From a virus (lineage: Duplodnaviria > Caudoviricetes): a stretch of 64,000 bases of DNA. This document shows, in pieces, positions 54,545 through 62,624 of the stretch; within the stretch, counting starts at the first letter, position 1, and every line of letters starts with the position of its first letter. The stretch is from the IMG/VR virus record IMGVR_UViG_3300048672_000970, positions 128,001 through 192,000 of that record, one strand, 5' to 3'. The notes beneath the pieces are model-generated. The model saw only the letters and a program-made list of their open reading frames with translations, did no database searches and had not been told where the DNA came from. The translations under genes were made by a program, and so were the position numbers.

Positions 54545-55430
54545 CAACCTTCTCTGAACCCACCAACCCAACCAGCCCCTTCCCTCACTTCTTTTGTGAA
54601 ATACCCATAGGTGACAAATAAGGAATTGACTAGGAAGGGGCTTAAACGGACGTTAGAGCTGTTTTTGTTCATCAGGGCAACACGGGTAGCTAACTGAGCT
54701 AACACCTGTTCTAAAGCCCGTTAAACGCAACCGAACCAACCGACTGACCTGCTGGCTTTTCTATCCATTCATAGAAACTGCTTTAGGTGACAAATAAGGA
54801 ACTACCTCTAGAACGTGGTTAACGGGCTTTACAGCCATTTTTCTCTTTCAGGCTACCCTGGTAGCCATCCGTTATCCAATTCGTCTTAGAGCCTGTTTTT
54901 AGCCATTACCTAACCCAACCCTCAGCCCTTACAGGGCTTCAGCAGCCAAGCAGTTCTTTCGCATCTTGAGCCTACCGGCCACAAGCTGACTCACGCCACT
55001 GCTTGACTGAGTTTTTCTGTGAGCTAACCAATCAAGCCACCCACTAAGCTCTTTCCGCTCAATTCTTCAGTTCATTTGAGAAATACCTATAGGTGACAAA
55101 TAAGAACATAGGTCTAAAACGCGTTTAACGGGCTTTAGAGCCGTTTTATCTCATCAGTCTACCTGGGTAGCCAACAGGTCTTCAAACGCGCTAACAGCCG
55201 TTAAATCAATCAAGAACTAATGAACAAGCAACCATTCAATGAACCTTTTTCTGAATGGAACCAACCGACTGACCTACCGGCTTTTCTAACCAATTCAGTG
55301 AAACTGCTTTAGGTGACAAATAAGGGAATGCCTCTAAAACGCGTTTAACGGCCCGCTACAGCCGATTTCATCCAACAGGCTACCTATGCCTACCCTCCAC
55401 CTACAAAACGCTCCTAGCGCGTTTTAGCTG
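54545..55430 (-). repeat. non-coding repeat cluster B: inverted homologue of cluster A, four units
   Basis: TAGGTGACAAATAAG at 54608, 54784, 55090 and 55310; 54608-54659 is the exact reverse complement of 25869-25920. Confidence 0.92.
54920..55018 (-). ncRNA. candidate structured RNA/ssDNA module B
   Basis: Minus strand: CAGTCAAGCAGT pairs with ACTGCTTGGCTG, followed by CTGA-AGCCC-tgtaa-GGGCT-GAGG. Confidence 0.55.
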
Positions 55431-55527
55431 GTTTGCTTCTACCTTCTATCCGTCCACCCATCACCCTCCTTCTCACGAAACAAAGTTACAAAAAAGTTGG
55501 TGGAAGATGAAGCAAATGCTGAAACGA

Positions 55528-55536
55528 TGATACAGT
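55528..55536 (+). promoter_or_regulatory. extended -10 promoter (TGATACAGT)
   Basis: Similar to TGATACAAT at 43879 and 44563. Confidence 0.4.
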
Positions 55537-55566
55537 GGAGTCCTTCGCAACAGAACAAGGACAGGT

Positions 55567-55692
55567 ATGACTGAATTTGTACACATCGCCCATAGCAACC
55601 CTTCAACTTTTTGTTTCACCACCATGCAAGAAATTGAGGATTTCATGATTACAATGATGGCTCTGCAGCAATGGATCGCGCCAAAGCAATAA
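55567..55692 (+). CDS. small hypothetical protein (41 aa)
   Basis: ATG after AAGGA/CAGG; absent from the ORF track. Confidence 0.4.
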   Translation: MTEFVHIAHSNPSTFCFTTMQEIEDFMITMMALQQWIAPKQ

Positions 55693-55907
55693 AAACAGTA
55701 ACGCGCCAATTCGCCACCATCTCAGTCCAGTATCAAGAAGGAAAAACAAAACTGGAATCTGCTCACAATGAATACAATGCCATTCTGGCAATTTTGTTCA
55801 AAATGGAAGCAGCGAGATTGACCAGCGCCGGTGTGAAATTTACACCAACCTCTGTTACAATTACACAAATGGTAAACAGACTTACAGAGCTGAAATGTAC
55901 TAAATAA
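55671..55907 (+). CDS. hypothetical protein
   Basis: 78-aa ORF. Confidence 0.55.
   Translation: MDRAKAIKTVTRQFATISVQYQEGKTKLESAHNEYNAILAILFKMEAARLTSAGVKFTPTSVTITQMVNRLTELKCTK
55900..55906 (+). promoter_or_regulatory. late promoter (CTAAATA) upstream of the SSB gene
   Basis: NTAAATA about 100 nt before ATG 56003. Confidence 0.4.
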
Positions 55908-56002
55908 TTTTGCCTAACGGCTCAATCTGGAGACGATTCCGCGCCAGTGAAAAGACGGGACATTAAACTTTAACTGCCTACTAATTGAAAAAGGAAATTG
56001 AA

Positions 56003-56896
56003 ATGACTGCACAAAAACAAACCCTCGCCGAACTGACCGCCCGTTGGAAGCGCGAAACCGAAAAGCAAGAAACTGACTCAAATAACACGAATGCGCTCTG
56101 GAAGCGTAAGTTTGACTTCTGGAAGGCAGACTTTGACACCACGACCGTTTTCCGTTTCCTGCCAGACAAGAACACTGACAATCTCGACCAATTCTTTGTC
56201 CGCTCTTATTACCATGAACTCTGGGTTGGTGGTAAGAAGAAGGTTTTTGCTTGTAACAAGCATATGAACGGTGGAAAGGGTCATTGCCCGCTCTGCGAAC
56301 TGTCAGCCAAGTATTATGACCAAAAGAATCCTGAGCATAATCCGGTTCTTGGCAAGAAGTATTATCGCAAGCTTGATTACGTCTCGCAAGGTCTGATTCT
56401 TGAAACTCCACTTGAGCATGATGCCAATCTGCTTGTCAAGTACATCACTTATTCGCAAGCGATGCATGCTCGCATTCTTGCCAATCTTGGCACGGGTGAT
56501 CTGGATGACATTCCGTGGAACATGAAGGATGGATACAACTACCGTATCACGAAGACTGTCAAGAAGACTGATAAGGGTGATGTTGGTGATTATTCAACGT
56601 CATCTTTCCGTCCGAAGATGCATTCTCTTGACGATGAACTAATTGAACAAGTGACGACCGAGCTGCGCGACCTGCGTGACTATCTGCCGCAAACTCTGTC
56701 TAATGAAGAAATTGAAGGGCTGCTGCTGGCTTCGATGAACAATGATTCGATGCCAAGTTCAAAGGCGCCGACTGAACATACTGGTGACGAAAGTCATGAA
56801 CCTGTTCCTCAAGCTCCTGCTCAACCGGCTTCATCCAGTGCAGATCGCTTCGCCAATCTGCGCAATCGTCTAAACGGCGCTCGGGCTACCGAGTAA
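56003..56896 (+). CDS. single-stranded DNA-binding protein (T4 gp32-like)
   Basis: VFRFLPD...H...C...CPLCE Zn site; YNYRITKT...YSTSSF. Confidence 0.85.
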   Translation: MTAQKQTLAELTARWKRETEKQETDSNNTNALWKRKFDFWKADFDTTTVFRFLPDKNTDNLDQFFVRSYYHELWVGGKKKVFACNKHMNGGKGHCPLCELSAKYYDQKNPEHNPVLGKKYYRKLDYVSQGLILETPLEHDANLLVKYITYSQAMHARILANLGTGDLDDIPWNMKDGYNYRITKTVKKTDKGDVGDYSTSSFRPKMHSLDDELIEQVTTELRDLRDYLPQTLSNEEIEGLLLASMNNDSMPSSKAPTEHTGDESHEPVPQAPAQPASSSADRFANLRNRLNGARATE

Positions 56897-56901
56897 TTAA
56901 C

Positions 56902-56928
56902 AAAACGGGGAATTAACTTCCCCGTTTT
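56902..56928 (+). terminator. intrinsic terminator
   Basis: AAAACGGG(G)AA...TTCCCGTTTTT. Confidence 0.75.
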
Positions 56929-56948
56929 TATTCCAACGGAACAAAAAT

Positions 56949-58004
56949 ATGGCATTAGGATTTCTTAAAGATTTTCGTAAGAACGTGGAAAAGCTTTCTA
57001 AAAGCATTTCACTTGGTCTTCGCCCACCGCGCGGTTGGTGGTCTACTGGTAATTACGCGCTGAACAAAGCGTTTTCAGGGAGTTTTACTCGCGCAATTCC
57101 AATCGGTCGAATGGTGCTGCTTGCAGGCCCATCTGCATCCGGTAAATCATTTATGGCAAATAGCATTGCTAAACATGCACAGGTGGCCGGCGCTCACGTT
57201 CTTTACATGGATTCTGAAAATGCAGTTGATACTGACTACATGACAAAAATCGGTATGAAGGTAGATGAAGAAAATCTGACTTATGTGCAAGTTGATACGG
57301 TAGAAGACGTTAACCGAGTTATCTCAGAATTCTTCGATGGATACATCAAAACTTATGGTGTTGATAACGACAATCAGCCACCCGTCCTAGTAATCCTTGA
57401 TTCAATCGCAATGCTTTCGACAGAAACTGAGCAAGAAAATTTCGACAAGAAGGGTGAAATCAAGGCTGACCAAGGTATTCGGGCGAAGCGCATTAAAGCA
57501 ATGCTGCGTATGATGGTTAAGAAGCTGGCTCGTGTCAATGGTGCTGGCATCGCCACCGACCACGTTTATCCGCAAGATGTCATGGCGGGTGATGGAGCAT
57601 GGGCTATCACTAATTCGATTAAGTTTGCGATGAGTATCATTGGTATTGTGACCAAACTGAATCTCAAGGAAGATACGGATATTGTGGGTGTTAGAATGCG
57701 TTTCATGACTTACAAGTCACGATTCGCAAAAAATGGTACTAAAGTTGAACTTGAAGTGCCTTATGACCGTGGCATGTCACCTTTCACTGGATTGGAAGAA
57801 ATGTTAACAGACATGGGCGTTATTGTCAAGGAAGGCCATAGTTATGTCAGCAACCTGCCCACTGGACAAATCAAATTCAAGTGGAAGGATATTGACCAGA
57901 CTATTTTTGATAAGCTGCTCACCCATCCACTAATTCAGAAATCCGAATCTGACGGGACGGAAACGTTTGACGAGTCGGACAAGGATGATGAATCAGAAGA
58001 ATAA
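56949..58004 (+). CDS. uvsX: RecA-like recombinase UvsX
   Basis: STGNYALN, Walker A GPSASGKS, YMDSE, ILDSIAML, YKSRF. Confidence 0.92.
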   Translation: MALGFLKDFRKNVEKLSKSISLGLRPPRGWWSTGNYALNKAFSGSFTRAIPIGRMVLLAGPSASGKSFMANSIAKHAQVAGAHVLYMDSENAVDTDYMTKIGMKVDEENLTYVQVDTVEDVNRVISEFFDGYIKTYGVDNDNQPPVLVILDSIAMLSTETEQENFDKKGEIKADQGIRAKRIKAMLRMMVKKLARVNGAGIATDHVYPQDVMAGDGAWAITNSIKFAMSIIGIVTKLNLKEDTDIVGVRMRFMTYKSRFAKNGTKVELEVPYDRGMSPFTGLEEMLTDMGVIVKEGHSYVSNLPTGQIKFKWKDIDQTIFDKLLTHPLIQKSESDGTETFDESDKDDESEE

Positions 58005-58006
58005 TT

Positions 58007-58029
58007 GAAAGGGCTTCGGCCCTTTTCTT
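58007..58029 (+). terminator. intrinsic terminator
   Basis: GAAAGGGC-TTCG-GCCCTTTTC. Confidence 0.85.
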
Positions 58030-58040
58030 AAGGAGATTAT

Positions 58041-58409
58041 ATGAACTGTTCTAATTGCCTAAACGAAGATTGCACTAAAGAAACATGCATGAATACGGTG
58101 TGTAATAATTGCGCCAATTGTGAGAATGGAAGCATTCAACCATCCATTATCGAGCCGTTGATGGCTTCATCAACCGTCGCGTCTTTCAGGCTACCAAAGT
58201 ATGAGCACATCACTCTTGATTTGGAGAAAATCAAAACCGTCGCCGATTGTGTTAAGTTGTTCAAGCTGTTTGTCGGCACTGCTGGAATGCAGTCTCGGTA
58301 CGTGAATTGCTCCGTGCTGGAATCATCTGTCCCCGAATACGTCGATTTGATGAAGGATGAAGAAGTTGATTCAAGTAAAATTAGTGTGGTGGATAATCCA
58401 TTCAACTGA
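58041..58409 (+). CDS. hypothetical protein with a Cys-rich N-terminus
   Basis: Seven Cys in the first 27 aa; SD AAGGAG. Confidence 0.75.
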   Translation: MNCSNCLNEDCTKETCMNTVCNNCANCENGSIQPSIIEPLMASSTVASFRLPKYEHITLDLEKIKTVADCVKLFKLFVGTAGMQSRYVNCSVLESSVPEYVDLMKDEEVDSSKISVVDNPFN

Positions 58410-58988
58410 ATGAGATTTCGCCTAGATTGGCCGGAAAAGTCGGTTACACCCTATGATGTGTTTTCTATCAGATGGTGTGACCGATTTTACAGATGGTGCC
58501 CTAATTTTCTAACATTCTGTTTTCGCTGGTATAACCAATGGACAAAATCTAAACAAGAAATTTCCATTTCAGTTGAAGACAAAGATTGGCAGAATGCTAA
58601 TGCATGTCTAGCACCTATTGCCATCACGTTACTTACTGAACTGAAATTGAATCATAGACATGTGCCATTTTCCTTTTCAGCAAAGTATGGAAAACAAGCT
58701 GATGTCGAATATCGGCACATGCTTGATAAAATCATTTTTTCAATGCAGATGACCACTAAAGATTATCGGGCTGAATGTAAGTTAAGATATTTTGAGCCGG
58801 TATTGAAAGGTGATGATGAAACGGGTGTATGGACTGAATACGTTCCTAAAAACGGTTTGACAACTGCGCAAGCACATCAAATGGAAAATGCTGCTGTAAC
58901 GGACGTTACCCATCGAATTAACGAAGGGTTAGAACTGTTCGCAAAGCACTTTAACGAACTAGCAGATGGGGATTTTGACCATGATTAA
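58410..58988 (+). CDS. conserved hypothetical protein related to 14814-15320
   Basis: LAPIA...EYRHMLDKIIFSM...RINEGLELFAKHF. Confidence 0.7.
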   Translation: MRFRLDWPEKSVTPYDVFSIRWCDRFYRWCPNFLTFCFRWYNQWTKSKQEISISVEDKDWQNANACLAPIAITLLTELKLNHRHVPFSFSAKYGKQADVEYRHMLDKIIFSMQMTTKDYRAECKLRYFEPVLKGDDETGVWTEYVPKNGLTTAQAHQMENAAVTDVTHRINEGLELFAKHFNELADGDFDHD

Positions 58989-59265
58989 TGCGGATGATTA
59001 TACTTTCAGTGAGTTTTGGGAAAGTCAGTTCAAGCAGTATTCGCTGAATGAATCTGATTATTCTGACTATGTTTCGTTCCGATGTGCGTTCGATTCGGTC
59101 ATGCTGGCGTATGATAGATATATTGACGCTTATTTTGACAAGCCATTTTCCACGTGGCTCAGGAAAAATTTTGCCGATGCGAATTATGGCGTATCGGTTG
59201 AGTTGTATGACGAGCTATCTAAGCAAATGATTGAGGAAGCATGGGAACGAAAGTTCGATGACTAA
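58981..59265 (+). CDS. hypothetical acidic protein
   Basis: 94 aa from ATG 58981. Confidence 0.65.
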   Translation: MINADDYTFSEFWESQFKQYSLNESDYSDYVSFRCAFDSVMLAYDRYIDAYFDKPFSTWLRKNFADANYGVSVELYDELSKQMIEEAWERKFDD

Positions 59266-59291
59266 AAAAGCCGGGCCAAGCCCGGCTTTTT
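59264..59291 (+). terminator. intrinsic terminator
   Basis: AAAAAAGCCGGGC-caa-GCCCGGCTTTTT. Confidence 0.9.
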
Positions 59292-59302
59292 CACAAGGCC
59301 AA

Positions 59303-59311
59303 TGGTAAAAT
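59303..59311 (+). promoter_or_regulatory. extended -10 promoter (TGGTAAAAT)
   Basis: Precedes SD AAGGAG and uvsY. Confidence 0.55.
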
Positions 59312-59335
59312 GTAACATTCTAAGGAGAGAATTTT

Positions 59336-59803
59336 ATGGACATCTTTGACTTGAAAGATACGACTGATGAGTTGTTCGACCAACTACCAGACTACTTTAT
59401 CAAGTGGTCGAAAGCAATTGCTGAAGCAGAACCCATATTCAAAATGGAGGGTAAAACTCTGTTAGCGGTATTGCGCGAAGTATCATACCATCAATATCAG
59501 TACGGGCTGAAATGCTCGGATGCGGATATGGTGGCCGACTGGCTGACGGTGCTTAAACAAAAATCGGAAGCCAGATATCTGAAAAACTATCAGCAGCATA
59601 ATCCACGGGCATTATCTATCTCTGAATCAAGAGCTTTACTGGCCGGCGAGAAAGAAGTTGTCGAACTTAGCCAACTCATCGTACAAGTGCAAAAATATAA
59701 ACGGGAACTGAAAGAGATTCGTGACGCCATTCTGCAAATGAATTATGTCCTCACTAATCTGACGCGACTGAAAGTTGCAGAAATGGAAGACTACATTCTA
59801 TGA
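59336..59803 (+). CDS. uvsY: recombination mediator UvsY-like
   Basis: Helical 155-aa protein directly before uvsW; ARYLKNY...RALS...LAGE pattern. Confidence 0.7.
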   Translation: MDIFDLKDTTDELFDQLPDYFIKWSKAIAEAEPIFKMEGKTLLAVLREVSYHQYQYGLKCSDADMVADWLTVLKQKSEARYLKNYQQHNPRALSISESRALLAGEKEVVELSQLIVQVQKYKRELKEIRDAILQMNYVLTNLTRLKVAEMEDYIL

Positions 59804-61212
59804 AGTGCAAAATTTATATCAGCGATGAAGTATTCATGCGTTTTGAAGGGCTGTCCGATGCTCACCACCGAGTTTTGTATGATAAGTTAGGATTGCCAGT
59901 AGACGGCGCATTTTTTACCAAACAGTATAAGCTAGGTATCTGGGATGGTAAGCAACGGTTTTTTGACAAACAAGGAAGAATGCCCATCCGGTTATTTTCA
60001 TTGGTTGAACAGCAGTTAGCTGCATGGCCGTATAAATATGAATTTGTCGATACCAGGCCGCCTCTTAACGTCATTTCGGAACGTGTCTCTGAAAATTATT
60101 TCGCCCACACTGCACCTCATATGCAGCTACGTCCGTATCAAATTAACATCGTTAACTCCTGTTTGGAACATGGCTCAGGATTGATTGATGCGTGTACAGG
60201 GGCTGGAAAGACATTAATTTGTGCCGCCCTTTCGTCAGTATTGGCGGCCAATCATCAGCGGGTGTTACTGATTGTACCGTCAGATGATTTAGTTCAGCAA
60301 ACAGCGGAAACGTTTACTGAAGTGGGTCTAGAGCATGGCATCTATTCAGGGTCGCATAAAAACCTTCGGCCGATGATTGTCATTGCGACGTGGCAAGCGT
60401 TGCAATATAATCCAGTTATCATTGAACAATTTCAAGCGGTCATTAATGACGAAACGCACGGTTTGAAAGAAAATGTGCTAGGGAACATGATGAAGACGCA
60501 TGGCGTCAAGATTCCTTATCGATTCGGATTCACCGGTTCAATTCCTAAAAACGAAGTTAACAAATTACACCTGCAAAGTGTGTTCGGAGACATACTGCAT
60601 TCTGTCACTACTGACGAGCTAATTAAAGCTGGCTATCTATCTAAACTTGAAATCGAACCTATTGAAATTCAAGAAGACGTTAATGAAAACTTTCCGGATT
60701 ACACGTCCGAGAAAGCCTTTCTTGGTAAGAGTAGTAAGAGAATTAGTTTCATAGCTGACTTGATTATTAATAGGCAGCAAATGTACGGAAACACGCTCGT
60801 CCTCGTCAACTCGAAAGACATGGGGAAAAAGTTACAAAAACTTATCAAGGGAAGCGTCTTCCTTCATGGTGAAAACAACACTGATGAGCGCAAGGAGTGG
60901 TATGATCAGTTTGCTAACCGAGATGATTTGATTGTCATCGCCACTTACGGTATCGCCTCGACCGGCATTTCAATCAATCGGATTTTTAATTTAGTATGTG
61001 TTGACATCGGGAAAAGTTTCACGCGTGTCATCCAGAGCATCGGTCGATCATTAAGAAAAGCGCCAGACAAAGAGTATGCCCATGTTGTTGACTTGCATTC
61101 GAGTTTGACATGGGGCAAAAAACATTATAAGCTACGAGTGAAGTATTACAAAGACGCGAGGTATCCGCTGCTCAAACTTGTTAAACCCAACCTTAAGGAA
61201 TATGAACTATGA
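59800..61212 (+). CDS. uvsW: SF2 DNA helicase UvsW
   Basis: QLRPYQ, CTGAGKT, NDETH, GFTGS, STGISI, IQSIGRSLR. Confidence 0.92.
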   Translation: MKCKIYISDEVFMRFEGLSDAHHRVLYDKLGLPVDGAFFTKQYKLGIWDGKQRFFDKQGRMPIRLFSLVEQQLAAWPYKYEFVDTRPPLNVISERVSENYFAHTAPHMQLRPYQINIVNSCLEHGSGLIDACTGAGKTLICAALSSVLAANHQRVLLIVPSDDLVQQTAETFTEVGLEHGIYSGSHKNLRPMIVIATWQALQYNPVIIEQFQAVINDETHGLKENVLGNMMKTHGVKIPYRFGFTGSIPKNEVNKLHLQSVFGDILHSVTTDELIKAGYLSKLEIEPIEIQEDVNENFPDYTSEKAFLGKSSKRISFIADLIINRQQMYGNTLVLVNSKDMGKKLQKLIKGSVFLHGENNTDERKEWYDQFANRDDLIVIATYGIASTGISINRIFNLVCVDIGKSFTRVIQSIGRSLRKAPDKEYAHVVDLHSSLTWGKKHYKLRVKYYKDARYPLLKLVKPNLKEYEL

Positions 61213-61694
61213 ACATTTTGAGTGATAACGAAATCGTCAATGTGACAGATTTTTCATCCCAATTTCCCGCCGCCCATTACTGGACTTTCAACGGAATCGA
61301 AGTTGATTTCATGTACGGTAAAATCACCCATGTGGAAGAATATACCGGAGCATCAGTAACTATCAAGTGCGATAACCATCCTGAACCCATTATCATTCCT
61401 GCCAATTGGTTTATTCTCGCCCTCGACCGAGAATCATATCGAATTGACATGGTGCCGATTCTTGCTTGTTCAACCTATGAACATGATGCGTATGTTTTTT
61501 GTTCTACTCACCAACGAGTAGAAACCGTCAAAATTCGTATCCTTGAATTTAATAATGACAGTGTGGTGTATGCGCCGAACATCCCGAAGGCGAGTGCTAT
61601 CGTTTGCCCGTTCAGCGATACGAAGGGAATTATCGTCGGGCCAGTTGACCTGCACCGATATCTGAAAGAAAAAGTGGTCGGTGACCTAGTGTGA
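61209..61694 (+). CDS. conserved hypothetical protein
   Basis: 161 aa, ATGA overlap with uvsW. Confidence 0.75.
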   Translation: MNILSDNEIVNVTDFSSQFPAAHYWTFNGIEVDFMYGKITHVEEYTGASVTIKCDNHPEPIIIPANWFILALDRESYRIDMVPILACSTYEHDAYVFCSTHQRVETVKIRILEFNNDSVVYAPNIPKASAIVCPFSDTKGIIVGPVDLHRYLKEKVVGDLV

Positions 61695-61725
61695 AAAAGG
61701 GGGGGCGTATGACCCCCTTTTTCTT
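61694..61725 (+). terminator. intrinsic terminator
   Basis: AAAAAGGGGG...CCCCCTTTTT. Confidence 0.8.
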
Positions 61726-61730
61726 AAATA
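61724..61730 (+). promoter_or_regulatory. late promoter (TTAAATA)
   Basis: 21 nt before the endolysin ATG. Confidence 0.55.
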
Positions 61731-61751
61731 CTGCTAAACTAAAATGAAAAC

Positions 61752-62309
61752 ATGACTGAAGCAGTATTTGACAAAGCATATGGATTCACCTTAGGGGCGG
61801 AAGGCGGGTATAGTAACGTCGCTGGGGATAAGGGTGGAGAGACAATTTATGGCATTGCACGAAATGCCAATCCTGAATGGGCCGGATGGACGTTAGTCGA
61901 TTCGTACAAGCATGAAAATGGAATGGATGTTAAAGGGTTAGTTACTGACCAAATATTGAAATCGGCCGCGAAAGTATTTTACAAACAGAAGTATTGGGCA
62001 GCAGTCAATGGTGATGCATATCAGGCAGATGTCGCCTGCGTGCTTTTTGATTGTGCAGTCAATCATGGCGTTACCAGAGCGAATAAGATTCTTCAAGAAG
62101 CGGCGGGTGTAACAGTGGATGGGGTAATTGGCCCTATCACCATGTCTCAAGTGAATTTGTATAACGGAAAAGCATTAGCTGGATTGATGTTGAACGTCAG
62201 AACCCGACTTTACAAAAACATCGTTGTGGCAAATCCTACTCAGACTAAGTTTCTCAAAGGATGGCTGAATAGAGTGGCAAATCTGAAGCGATTTTTGAAC
62301 ATCGCTTAA
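61752..62309 (+). CDS. endolysin, glycoside hydrolase family 108 with C-terminal peptidoglycan-binding motif
   Basis: EGGYSN...DKGGETIYGI; FDCAVNHG; FLKGWLNRV. Confidence 0.9.
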   Translation: MTEAVFDKAYGFTLGAEGGYSNVAGDKGGETIYGIARNANPEWAGWTLVDSYKHENGMDVKGLVTDQILKSAAKVFYKQKYWAAVNGDAYQADVACVLFDCAVNHGVTRANKILQEAAGVTVDGVIGPITMSQVNLYNGKALAGLMLNVRTRLYKNIVVANPTQTKFLKGWLNRVANLKRFLNIA

Positions 62310-62318
62310 TTAGATTGT

Positions 62319-62325
62319 GTAAATA
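62319..62325 (+). promoter_or_regulatory. late promoter (GTAAATA)
   Basis: Upstream of ORF 62353. Confidence 0.55.
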
Positions 62326-62352
62326 ATAAACCAACCACTCTAGGAGAAAGAA

Positions 62353-62622
62353 ATGTCCTTTAAGGAACATCTGAAAAACACCAAGAGTAACACGCCGGCT
62401 CCAGCACCAGTCAAGAAGACGGATGTTGCAACTGCTGTTACAAAAATTACTGAGGCAAAGAAGCACCGGGATGCCAAAAAAGCTGAAGCTGATGATACAC
62501 TCCCTGTCGTTCCTCACATGCATGAGGGTGCAGAAGGGTTTTCTGACCTTCACCGTCGTCATCTAGCGGTCATTGCTAAGAATGACCCAGACCGTATCAA
62601 GTCAATGCAAAATTGGGATTAA
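62353..62622 (+). CDS. small late protein
   Basis: MSFKEHLK..., SD AGGAG. Confidence 0.7.
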   Translation: MSFKEHLKNTKSNTPAPAPVKKTDVATAVTKITEAKKHRDAKKAEADDTLPVVPHMHEGAEGFSDLHRRHLAVIAKNDPDRIKSMQNWD

Positions 62623-62624
62623 AC

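Noticed and set aside
25551-55430. Terminal inverted repeats of a transposon or IS
   Set aside because: No transposase or integrase, no target-site duplication, and the enclosed genes are core virion genes
55920-56002. T4 gene-32-type autoregulatory pseudoknot upstream of the SSB
   Set aside because: Only 4-5-bp candidate stems (CTGG/CCAG, TTCCG/CGGGA) with atypical geometry; not distinguishable from chance by eye
55914-56411. 165-aa antisense ORF and the many other short ORFs nested in or opposite called genes
   Set aside because: Shadows of well-supported genes, with no SD, no motifs and atypical composition
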